Assembly: GCA_965195285.1 (NCBI GenBank)
Contig: CBDAFS010000014.1
Span: forward strand, 1-64,000
Direction of reading: 5' to 3'
Source: an uncultured Aminicenantes bacterium
Lineage (GTDB): Bacteria > Acidobacteriota > Aminicenantia > UBA2199
Length of the DNA: 64,000 bases
Part shown: positions 55,545 to 64,000 of the stretch, piece by piece
Numbering within the stretch: position 1 is the first letter of the stretch
Layout: every line of letters starts with the position of its first letter
Program-made: the position numbers and the translations under genes
Notes under the pieces: model-generated
The model's database searches: none
What the model was told of the DNA's origin: nothing
What the model saw: only the letters and a program-made list of their open reading frames with translations

Positions 55545-55988
55545 TTATAAAAGTTTTTTCCTTCTTATTATTTTCACATAAATTTCACGTTGCTCAGGTG
55601 TAAGTGCTTTTAAAAATTTCAACATACATTCAATTGACAAAACTTTATAATCTTTAAGACCTTGAAATGAACGTTCAAGCAAGGTTTTGATCTTTATAGG
55701 ATCAGGATTATCTTTAACAACCTCTCTCCAGAACACATTTACATCTACAATGTGTTTCAGACCAATTTTTGAACCTTCAGATTTAAGTTCCCTTTTCATT
55801 TGAATAAATTTCTTCTGCTGATCTTTTGTTAAATCTAATCGCTCTGTTATTATTTGCATTCGGCCTGCAAGTGTAAGCCATTTTTTCATTACTTTACGTG
55901 TATGGGTAAAACTACCAATAAAAAATATATTAAAACCAACTGAAATTGCTAAAAATATCAATAACAATATTTTATATTTTTTTTCCAT
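55545..55988 (-). CDS. Spy/CpxP-like periplasmic (heavy-metal sensor family) protein
   Basis: TM ISVGFNIFFIG; LDLTKDQQ and LTPEQR motifs. Confidence 0.75.
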   Translation of the reverse strand: MEKKYKILLLIFLAISVGFNIFFIGSFTHTRKVMKKWLTLAGRMQIITERLDLTKDQQKKFIQMKRELKSEGSKIGLKHIVDVNVFWREVVKDNPDPIKIKTLLERSFQGLKDYKVLSIECMLKFLKALTPEQREIYVKIIRRKKLL

Positions 55989-55991
55989 AAA

Positions 55992-56537
55992 TCACCTCCT
56001 GTTAATACGTGAATCCATATAACCGAATCCGGAACCGGAATTATCACCTAATCCGAATGATATTTCTGATATGTATTTTATTGAAATCCGGTTATGATTA
56101 TAGAATGTATTCTTTCCAAAATTTATGCCAACTACACATGCAATAACAAAGAGAGCCAAAACAGCAATTAAACCAACAGAATATTTAACATATAAAAATG
56201 GATTTTTTACCCATAAAGGAAGTCCAGTAAACAATTGTTTCGTTTTAGTAATTGGTGTATTTACCAGAGCTTTTGCTCTCTCTATAACTCCTATTGGTGG
56301 TTCTAAAACCTTTTCTTTCCTTAACATACGTAATTCTTTTAATGCCTTAAAACATTCTGAACAAGAAGCCAAATGCTCCTCAACCTCTTTGACCTCTCTT
56401 TTAGAAGCCTTATTTTCTAAATATGCTGCCAGAACATTGTTAGCGGGACATATGGATTTTTTCTTTTTAAAAGCAGATAATCTAAACCTCTGCCATAGAT
56501 TTTTATCTTTTTTATTTATATTTTTTAAAGTATTCAT
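55992..56537 (-). CDS. zf-HC2 anti-sigma factor
   Basis: CP..LAAYLE, HLASCSEC and one TM helix. Confidence 0.8.
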   Translation of the reverse strand: MNTLKNINKKDKNLWQRFRLSAFKKKKSICPANNVLAAYLENKASKREVKEVEEHLASCSECFKALKELRMLRKEKVLEPPIGVIERAKALVNTPITKTKQLFTGLPLWVKNPFLYVKYSVGLIAVLALFVIACVVGINFGKNTFYNHNRISIKYISEISFGLGDNSGSGFGYMDSRINRR

Positions 56538-56608
56538 ATTCCTGGCTCCATTGTATTATACGAAAGATATTCATAATTCATCCCTTCAGAGAAATTTAAA
56601 GATAAATT

Positions 56609-57157
56609 TTATCCTGAAGTTTTTAAAAATTTGTATAATTTTTTCAATGCTTTATGTTTTGTACTTCGAACAGTCTGAGCATCAATGCCCAATAGTTCAG
56701 AAATTTCAGAAGTATCCATACCTTTATCAAAAAGAAGATGTAATACTAAATTTTGACGAGAAGATAACAAAACATAAGGAATATCAATTGAAGGAACCTT
56801 AGAATCTTCATAACCAATTGAATTTACAACTTCATGTTCAATTGATACTGTTTCAGGCTTGCTTTTTCTTAAAAAGTCAATTGCAGTACTTCTTGCAACA
56901 ATAGTTAACCAGGTAACCAAAGAAGCTTTTGTAGATTTATAAGATCTTAATAAGTTATAATCTTTCTTTATAAGACGGATAAACACCTCCTGCACAACCT
57001 CTTTTATATCCCATTCATCAATCTGTTTAATATGAAGAGAAAATGTTTTACAAACCGATGAATAGATAACAGGAGAAAAATGCTCAACAAACACATCCCA
57101 CTCTCGCTTATCTCCATGAACCAATCGTTTAATATTTGTATTTGTTTTTTCAGCCAT
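56609..57157 (-). CDS. ECF sigma factor
   Basis: VQEVFIRL, TWLTIVARSTAIDFLRK and EISELLGIDAQTVRSTKHKA. Confidence 0.85.
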   Translation of the reverse strand: MAEKTNTNIKRLVHGDKREWDVFVEHFSPVIYSSVCKTFSLHIKQIDEWDIKEVVQEVFIRLIKKDYNLLRSYKSTKASLVTWLTIVARSTAIDFLRKSKPETVSIEHEVVNSIGYEDSKVPSIDIPYVLLSSRQNLVLHLLFDKGMDTSEISELLGIDAQTVRSTKHKALKKLYKFLKTSG

Positions 57158-57210
57158 TTTAGGAGTAAGATGGTCTAGACAAGTTAGACCACCTTAACAT
57201 GCGCCAATCA

Positions 57211-57344
57211 ATTGCAGTTAATTCCTCTACCAGGGATGGCCCAGATATCATCTTGTTCCGGGGTATTTTCTTTCTCTGCTGTAAAAAAAAATATTCTCCA
57301 GATGGATGCCATACAGGATTACCGTTATGTTTTTGAGGGCAGCC
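57211..57344 (-). pseudogene. Relic fragment of a TolB-like lipoprotein paralog
   Basis: 57291-57344 matches 52651-52704 with 3 mismatches; after a 1-nt frameshift it reads FTAEKENTPEQDDIWAIPGRGINCN*. Confidence 0.75.
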
Positions 57345-57550
57345 AAATGTGTAGATTGAAAGAAGTATCAATGGAATCATACATCTAATGACATGGTGTT
57401 TTCTTTTTGGCTTCATATCCAGAAACCCTTATAAGTCTAAAACAAAATAAATTGATTTTTCTTGCGGTGTGGAATTAAAATAAACCGGTAATTTTTTTCT
57501 GGAAAATAATCTGATATAATAAAATTGATTAAATCTTGCAAGGAGAAAAA

Positions 57551-58834
57551 ATGAAAAATGCATTCATCATACCCGTGTTATTGATTTTTGTTTCTGGTTC
57601 GGTCCTTTTTTCTGCTGGACAGCAAAACAAAGCAAAATATGAGCCGAAAAAGAAAGACAAGATACTTCAGGATATAAAGGAGAAACGTGTCCAGCTTCAG
57701 AAAGGGCGGGAAGACATTACCGCACAGATTCGTGATCGTCAGGAAAAAGATAAGGAAATTGAGAAAAACCAGAAAAGGGTATTGGTGACTGATATGGCTG
57801 GTGTATATCCGCCCGCTTCACCTGAAGATTTTAGATCCTGTTTTCATTTCCCCCCCATCCCTCAGTATTATACCAATACATGCTGGAGTTTTTCGGCAAC
57901 CTCTTTTTTTGAGTCTGAAATTCACCGGTTGTCCGGTCGGAAAATCAAACTGTCAGAAATGTGGTCCCCCTATTTTGAATTAATTGAGAAGTGCCGGCGT
58001 TTCATACAGGAACGGGGAGAATCTTATGTGGCCGGTGGTGGAGAATCCAATTCTGTTACCCGGATGTGGAAAAAGTATGGAATTGTGCCTGCCTCGGTCT
58101 ACCCCGGAGTGACCAATCCCGGGGACCTGCATGACCATGTGTTGCTGATGAAGGAGATTGACACCTATCTGAAATATATCGAGGAGAACGACCTGTGGGA
58201 TGAGAAAAACAACCTGAGGCATATCGCCCTGATCCTAGATAAGTATCTGGGCCATCCGCCTGCTATATTTTCCTTTCAGGGGAAACCCATGACCCCGCAA
58301 GGGTTCTTAAAAGATACCGGTCTGAAGATGGATGATTATGTGTCGGTGATGTCCACCAAATATTTCCCCTTTTATACCCGGCAGGAGTTCAGGGTCCCGG
58401 ATAATTGGTGGCATAGCCAGGATTATATCAACCTGCCCCTGGAGTTGTTTTATAATGTTATTAAAAGAGCCATGAAATCCGGTTATACTTTGATTATAGG
58501 AGGCGATGTATCCGAGCCAGGTAAATTGGGAACCAATGATATTGCTTTTATCCCCACTTTTGATATTCCCGGGAAATATATAAATCAGGATTCAAGAGAA
58601 TACCGGATAGCCAATGGCAGTACCCAGGATGATCATGGCGTGCACCTGATCGGATACAAACGACATAAGGGTCATGACTGGTTTTTAATAAAGGATTCCG
58701 GGCGTTCTTCACGCTGGGGTAAGCATCAGGGGTATTACTTTTTCAGAGGCGATTTTATCAAGCTAAAAATGCTGACCTTTACGGTTCATAAAGACATGCT
58801 TGATGATATTTTAGTTAAAATTAAGAAAAAGTGA
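57551..58834 (+). CDS. Secreted C1-family cysteine aminopeptidase (PepC/bleomycin hydrolase-like)
   Basis: QYYTNTCWSFS (catalytic Cys), GGDVSEPG, TQDDHGVHLIG (His) and IKDSG. Confidence 0.85.
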   Translation: MKNAFIIPVLLIFVSGSVLFSAGQQNKAKYEPKKKDKILQDIKEKRVQLQKGREDITAQIRDRQEKDKEIEKNQKRVLVTDMAGVYPPASPEDFRSCFHFPPIPQYYTNTCWSFSATSFFESEIHRLSGRKIKLSEMWSPYFELIEKCRRFIQERGESYVAGGGESNSVTRMWKKYGIVPASVYPGVTNPGDLHDHVLLMKEIDTYLKYIEENDLWDEKNNLRHIALILDKYLGHPPAIFSFQGKPMTPQGFLKDTGLKMDDYVSVMSTKYFPFYTRQEFRVPDNWWHSQDYINLPLELFYNVIKRAMKSGYTLIIGGDVSEPGKLGTNDIAFIPTFDIPGKYINQDSREYRIANGSTQDDHGVHLIGYKRHKGHDWFLIKDSGRSSRWGKHQGYYFFRGDFIKLKMLTFTVHKDMLDDILVKIKKK

Positions 58835-59604
58835 TTCAAGAAAACAAGATAGCGGAATATTTCAATGTGGTTCCGGAATTGGTACCCTTTATTCCTGAAC
58901 TGCTTACTGATTTATGGGAGTTAGGGAGTTCTCCGGAATTAATCCTCCAGTGGATTCATGATTTTGATCTTCCACCTGATTTAACCCGGGTATTGGATGT
59001 GGGATGTGGTAAAGGTGCTGTCTCAATCAGTCTGGCTAAAAAATTTGACTTTCAAGTTAAAGGTATTGATTTTTTTGAACCCTTTATAAAAGAGGCGAAA
59101 AAAAAAGCCAAAGAATTTAATATTTCAACCTTATGTCAGTTTTATCTTGCAGATATGAGAGAGGCGGTTTTGTCTGAAACAGAATACAATATGGTTATAC
59201 ACACAGCTATTGGTGATGTTCTGGGTTCCCTGGACCAGAGTATCGGCAAGCTCCGGCAGACTGTGAATGAAGGAGGGTTGATTATTATTGATGATGGTTT
59301 TTTAAAAAATTCTGAAAGAATTGATTTTCCAGGATACAGGTATTGTGGTTCTTACAAAGATACGGTTGATCAGTTAACATCTCATGGAGACCAAATCATA
59401 AAAGAAAAGGTTTTTTCTACAGAAGAAATAAGATTTATCAATCAACAGAACACCGATTGGATCAGTAAAAGGGCTGATAATCTGGCCCGGCAATTCCCCC
59501 GGCAGGCTGAGTTATTCTATGATTTTGTGGAGAATGAGAAAAAAGAATGTAAAATTCTTGAGCATGATGTGAATTGTGCTGTTTGGATGATACAAAAAAT
59601 GTAA
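58831..59604 (+). CDS. Class I SAM-dependent methyltransferase
   Basis: VLDVGCGKG, GID and GGLIIID motifs. Confidence 0.85.
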   Translation: MIQENKIAEYFNVVPELVPFIPELLTDLWELGSSPELILQWIHDFDLPPDLTRVLDVGCGKGAVSISLAKKFDFQVKGIDFFEPFIKEAKKKAKEFNISTLCQFYLADMREAVLSETEYNMVIHTAIGDVLGSLDQSIGKLRQTVNEGGLIIIDDGFLKNSERIDFPGYRYCGSYKDTVDQLTSHGDQIIKEKVFSTEEIRFINQQNTDWISKRADNLARQFPRQAELFYDFVENEKKECKILEHDVNCAVWMIQKM

Positions 59605-59619
59605 AAAGGTGAAATTAAT

Positions 59620-60570
59620 ATGAACGTTTTAAAAATCAAAGGCTTTGCTAAGGTATTAATCGTTATTTTTGTGGTTGTCGGGTTTTTTTTCATTCTGTTC
59701 AATATCCAAATAAGTACTGTTATGGGTCAGAGCTCAAATAACAATGATGGCGACATCATTTGTAATTGTAAGGGTCCTCCGTATCAGAGATATTGGACAC
59801 CCGGTGGGTGTATGAGAAATTGCAGGGGAGGTGGGTTGAGACGCCCGTCCTGTGGTTGCATATTATCTCCAAGAATGAAGTGTAATGTCTTAAATGATAA
59901 AGTCTTTAAACAGATGTACAGGTTTCACATCTTCAGGGGGCATATTACCCGAGAAGGCTATCCCGTGGATTCTTCGCTGTTGACTGTGGCCTCAACAATC
60001 ATAAACCAGTTTTACCAACCCTATAAATCAACTGATTTTCATATTGTTTTCGAAAGCGGAGAGCAATCCTTTTTTGCCAAGCTTGAAGAGCCAAAATCCA
60101 GGGGGGCAAAGCCATTCCTCAGGATTCATCGTGACTTATTTTTGATGTCCCCTGCTTTTCTGGTTCAAACCATTGGACACGAGATGATACATGCCATCCA
60201 GATGGAGAGAGGAGGATCAAAGACCAATCTGCATGGGATCCAGAAAACAACCGAAGCCTTTTTGGAACTCGAGGCTTCCTACTGGGAGACTGGCACCATT
60301 TATCTTGAATATGATTGGAAGATCGGCCCAAATGAACTCATTGAATGCATTGGTGCTGATGAGATGAAAACCATTAAAGATACCCTGGAGTGCCGTAAAT
60401 GGCAGGTCAGGAACTGGATTGAGGTTTTTGATGATCTGAGGCCAGGGAATCTTAACCGCCTGGAAAAATGGCTTAAACAGAATCACTGGACCCGACATGT
60501 CTGGCTTCCCAACCATCCCAATTGGAAGAAATTGAAGGCTGGTAACCAACCTGAGGGGTGTGATCAATAA
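59620..60570 (+). CDS. Secreted hypothetical protein with a Cys-rich N-terminus and an HExxH motif
   Basis: Signal/TM segment; 7 clustered Cys; GHEMIHAIQ..ELEASY. Confidence 0.5.
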   Translation: MNVLKIKGFAKVLIVIFVVVGFFFILFNIQISTVMGQSSNNNDGDIICNCKGPPYQRYWTPGGCMRNCRGGGLRRPSCGCILSPRMKCNVLNDKVFKQMYRFHIFRGHITREGYPVDSSLLTVASTIINQFYQPYKSTDFHIVFESGEQSFFAKLEEPKSRGAKPFLRIHRDLFLMSPAFLVQTIGHEMIHAIQMERGGSKTNLHGIQKTTEAFLELEASYWETGTIYLEYDWKIGPNELIECIGADEMKTIKDTLECRKWQVRNWIEVFDDLRPGNLNRLEKWLKQNHWTRHVWLPNHPNWKKLKAGNQPEGCDQ

Positions 60571-60671
60571 AACCCAAAAAACCGGGATAATATCCACACA
60601 ATTTTTTCCTTTTTTTTTTTAATTAACGTATATATATTTAAATGGATCGAATGAAAAAAAATGGAGGAATT

Positions 60672-62270
60672 ATGATTAAGAAATCATTCTGTTTATGGTT
60701 AATGATTATGTTTCTGTGGAGCGGACATCTGTTTGGCCAGCAGGAAGACGAGGTGTTGCAGGAAAGCGTGAGAGTGGTCAATGTCGAGGTTCCGGTGCGG
60801 GTTTATTTCAAGGGCAAGCCTGTAGACAACCTGACCAAAAACGACTTCAAGCTCTATGAGGGCGGGAAACTCCAGGATATTCACGGGTTCATTTTGAAAC
60901 GCAAAAAAATAAAAGCCCAGGAACTGGAATTGAGTGCCGAACAGGTACAAACCCGGCGGGGCCGCTATTTCACGCTGGTATTCCGCATCACCCACTACAA
61001 TAAGTATATTAAGGAAGGTCTTGATTATATTTTTGATACCGTACTGAATGAATCGGATCAGCTCCTGGTTTTTGTTAATAATCGCAGTGTGTTTTTTAAA
61101 AGTCTTGAGGATAAGCTGGATGTGAAAACCAAACTGGATCAAGTTCTGCATGATGTTTCCCAGGAGGCACGAAACAAGATGTTGATGGTGTTAAAAGAAG
61201 TTGAAAACGCAGTGGGAAAGCATAAAATGGAGATGAAACTGGCAGGAGCGGGGCGGGGTGAATTGAAAGAATTTCATACCCTGATTCAGCGTTATTTTGC
61301 CAAATTTCTGGAAATATGGAAAATGTTTAAAAAGAAATACCTGATTCCGGATATCAACACCTATTACAATTTTGCCCGGTTTTTAAAAGGCATCGATAAA
61401 GAAAAATGGGTCATTAATTTCTACCAGTTCGAGGTGTTCCCGGATATCATCATCAGCAGTGAGAGTATGCGACGGATCCGGCGGATGATCGGAGAGTGGC
61501 AAATTAGTGACAATTCGGAACTGATCACCTTCTCGCGGATCGTCAATCGCCAAATGATTGAAATCGAAAAAGAACTCAGCGTAGCCAGAGATTTTCCCTC
61601 TGACGAAGTGGCTAAAATATTTCACAATGTAGATACCACCTTTCATTCGATTTTCATGAAAACCAGTTTTAACACCCTTTTGGCCGATGTGGAATACCGG
61701 GAAATTGCCTCTGACCTGGAAAGCAGTCTCCGAGCCATCACCAATCTTACCGGTGGAGAGCTAGTGGTTTCCAATAAACTCGACACAGCCCTTGATCGTA
61801 TCAGCGAAGTCGAGGACGTATATTATATGTTGACCTATGCCCCAAAGAATCCCGATAAAGTGGGGAAAATCAAAGTGAAACTGAATAACCGTAAATACAA
61901 ACTGGTATACAGCCCCAACCTCAGATCCGGTTTTCTCGGCCAGTTTTTGGAGGAAAAGCAAATCAAGAAAAAACCAATTAAAATTCAGGATCTGAATTTC
62001 AAAAATGGCAAATTAACGTTTGTCATTTCCGATTTCTTCTGGAACAAAAAAGATGGAGGCGCGCTATCTATCCGGATTCGAATGAATGATCCGCAGGGGA
62101 AATCCGTTTTTGATCAGAAGAAAACCATAAAAGCGACTCAGAAAAAAATAAATATCGCCTTGAATATCCGCGGGTTGAAAAATGGAGACTATGATGTGGT
62201 TGTGGATGTGAATGATCTGTTTGCCAAAACCAACAGTACAGAACTTCTGAAAACAAAGATTTCAAATTAA
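60672..62270 (+). CDS. Secreted hypothetical protein (VWFA-related N-terminus)
   Basis: Signal peptide; VVNVEVPVRV..GKPVDNLTKNDFKLYE; TGG..YYMLTYAP. Confidence 0.55.
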   Translation: MIKKSFCLWLMIMFLWSGHLFGQQEDEVLQESVRVVNVEVPVRVYFKGKPVDNLTKNDFKLYEGGKLQDIHGFILKRKKIKAQELELSAEQVQTRRGRYFTLVFRITHYNKYIKEGLDYIFDTVLNESDQLLVFVNNRSVFFKSLEDKLDVKTKLDQVLHDVSQEARNKMLMVLKEVENAVGKHKMEMKLAGAGRGELKEFHTLIQRYFAKFLEIWKMFKKKYLIPDINTYYNFARFLKGIDKEKWVINFYQFEVFPDIIISSESMRRIRRMIGEWQISDNSELITFSRIVNRQMIEIEKELSVARDFPSDEVAKIFHNVDTTFHSIFMKTSFNTLLADVEYREIASDLESSLRAITNLTGGELVVSNKLDTALDRISEVEDVYYMLTYAPKNPDKVGKIKVKLNNRKYKLVYSPNLRSGFLGQFLEEKQIKKKPIKIQDLNFKNGKLTFVISDFFWNKKDGGALSIRIRMNDPQGKSVFDQKKTIKATQKKINIALNIRGLKNGDYDVVVDVNDLFAKTNSTELLKTKISN

Positions 62271-62330
62271 CACTATCACTTTCCAAAGGAAAAACAGCAG
62301 GTCGAAAAGCTGAATGTTCAGAGAATATGA

Positions 62331-63959
62331 TTATAATTCCCGGTCGATTGTCTTTTCCGAGGTGATTCTGCGTTTCTTTTCGTTTTTTCCCACCTCTTTT
62401 TTCAGCCAGGATTTGGGATAACCGATTTCCCGGGCCCGGTGATTTTTATCCTGGATGTAGCCATCGTTGTATTTGGTTATGAGATAATCCCCCAGTTTTT
62501 GCCAGCGCCTGACATTCATCTCAGCATTATCTATACAGTACTTGTTTAAAAAAGCAATGGCAAAATCCATTCCCTTTGATTGGCTGAGTTGAATGGCAGC
62601 GCTTTCGATAACTTCCTGACTGCCGAACACCATGTCTTCGATTTCCTTCTGTGTGAACTGGATATCTTTGATCATATAACCGTATCTCAGGTTAGCAAAA
62701 TTGGCCACAAAATTGACTGTCCACCAGGCCGAGTCCCGGGTGTAGCCTGAAAGTGAGCCCCTGGTATAGGATTCAGGCAATTTCCGAATACAGGTGTAAA
62801 GGGGGATGAAAAAATTGGTAAAGGGATTGTCAATACCGTACCAGAGTATCCCTCCCAGTTCCGGAAGTAGCTGAGGTCTGGCTTCTGAAATATATACAAA
62901 GGCTGCCTGCTGGGTAGCAATAGGCCGTTCCCAGGTGTATTTGCGGTTGTTCAGCTCCCATTTTATGGGTCGCCAGCGGTCGGGTGAACCGAATGGTCCG
63001 GATACTACATCCCGGGTCATGTCAAATTCGGTTCCTTCGTAGTGATCCCGATGGAGGGCTATGACGTCCCGGACATCCAGTTTTTTATCCGGCTTAATCC
63101 ACAGGGGATAGGACCTGCCTTTTCCCCGTCCGTAACTGTATTTCGGAGAAAAATTCCGGGAAGGTGCCAGCCGACGAAAGATACTCCAGATCCGTCGATC
63201 CGAGTAGCGAATCTGTTCTTCGGTGGGGGGATTGTAGGCTCTGGAAAAACTAAAGGGCTTTCCGGATTCGGGTTTATAATATCCCTTCTGGATGGCGAAG
63301 TCAATGACGTTTTTTGAATAGAGACAGTTCCGGGGATCATTCAGCGGCACAGTGTGAATTCGTGACATATTGGCAGTGGCACTGATCATCCCATCCGGAA
63401 GTCGCCGGGTTACCCACACAGCTCCTTTGCCTCCGGGACCGGTACCCACGATTTCCAGAAGCCAGGCCTCCTTTTTATCAGCAATAGAAATCGATTCTCC
63501 TTCACTACGGTATCCGTGTTTTTCCACCAGGTCGGTCATCACCTTAATCGCTTCTCTTGCGGTTCTGGCCCGCTGCAGGGTAATGAGCATGAGTGGATAA
63601 TAGTGAAACATGGCGTCCGGATTTATCAGCTCTTCACGTCCGCCAAAGGTGGTTTCACCCAGAGATAACTGGTGCTCATTCATCAGGCCTACTACCTTGT
63701 AGGTTTGGGATACCTGGGGGATTTTACCCAGCAATCCTCTCCATCCCCGGATTTCAGCCATGTCCCCGGGTTGATAACGAGCAGCTGGAATAATCCGGAT
63801 TCGGGGATGAAATTCTCCATCACAGGAGTAACTGATCAGGGGTGCTCCTGTTTTTGAAGCGCCCTTGCTGACCAGTACCGAGGTGCAGGCCCGGCTCAAA
63901 TCCCGGGCCTGGAATAATAAGATCATGAAGGCCGTTGTTAATAGCAGATATCTTTTCAT
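62331..63959 (-). CDS. C69-family dipeptidase (Ntn hydrolase), secreted
   Basis: Signal peptide followed by ACTS (N-terminal nucleophile Cys); MNEHQLSLGETTFGGR; LQRARTAREAI. Confidence 0.88.
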   Translation of the reverse strand: MKRYLLLTTAFMILLFQARDLSRACTSVLVSKGASKTGAPLISYSCDGEFHPRIRIIPAARYQPGDMAEIRGWRGLLGKIPQVSQTYKVVGLMNEHQLSLGETTFGGREELINPDAMFHYYPLMLITLQRARTAREAIKVMTDLVEKHGYRSEGESISIADKKEAWLLEIVGTGPGGKGAVWVTRRLPDGMISATANMSRIHTVPLNDPRNCLYSKNVIDFAIQKGYYKPESGKPFSFSRAYNPPTEEQIRYSDRRIWSIFRRLAPSRNFSPKYSYGRGKGRSYPLWIKPDKKLDVRDVIALHRDHYEGTEFDMTRDVVSGPFGSPDRWRPIKWELNNRKYTWERPIATQQAAFVYISEARPQLLPELGGILWYGIDNPFTNFFIPLYTCIRKLPESYTRGSLSGYTRDSAWWTVNFVANFANLRYGYMIKDIQFTQKEIEDMVFGSQEVIESAAIQLSQSKGMDFAIAFLNKYCIDNAEMNVRRWQKLGDYLITKYNDGYIQDKNHRAREIGYPKSWLKKEVGKNEKKRRITSEKTIDREL

Positions 63960-64000
63960 ATTTTACTCCTTATATTATGGGGCCATTTACTGTTACTGAT

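Noticed and set aside
57211-57344. Repeat pair with 52570-52704 as a DGR template/variable repeat
   Set aside because: Three mismatches in one block are at A, but the remaining mismatches are not adenine-specific, the match is mid-gene, and no reverse transcriptase is present

Overview
Bacterial chromosome segment of about 45-50% GC (estimated by eye) that is rich in CCGG. The gene inventory suggests an anaerobe of the Ca. Aminicenantes/Acidobacteriota type (inference). Core content: a sigma54-type type IV minor-pilin operon, ftsY-ribD-ribE-ribBA, tyrS, a four-subunit 2-oxoacid:ferredoxin oxidoreductase, an AmmeMemoRadiSam locus, sat, tryptophanase, an inositol cluster (ino1, cytidylyltransferase, CDP-alcohol transferase), mltA, rpsO-pnp-rpoZ-waaF-gmhB, argF, queCDE, peptidases and three ECF sigma/anti-sigma pairs. 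The best candidate for an undescribed system is a RiPP-like cluster at 18.2-24.7 kb. It has a 68-aa Cys/Ser/Thr-rich precursor with its own promoter, three radical SAM/SPASM enzymes (one fused to an HprK-like kinase), a PqqD/RRE, a methyltransferase and a soluble S24/S26 peptidase, with no cyclase or transporter. Other points of note: an AT-rich Y1/RAYT transposase element with perfect 26-bp terminal inverted repeats, an ECF sigma gene split by one in-frame TAG, export signals on all three proteins of the AmmeMemoRadiSam locus, and an AT-rich lipoprotein island with shared signal-peptide cassettes and gene relics. No rRNA, tRNA or CRISPR array was recognised.
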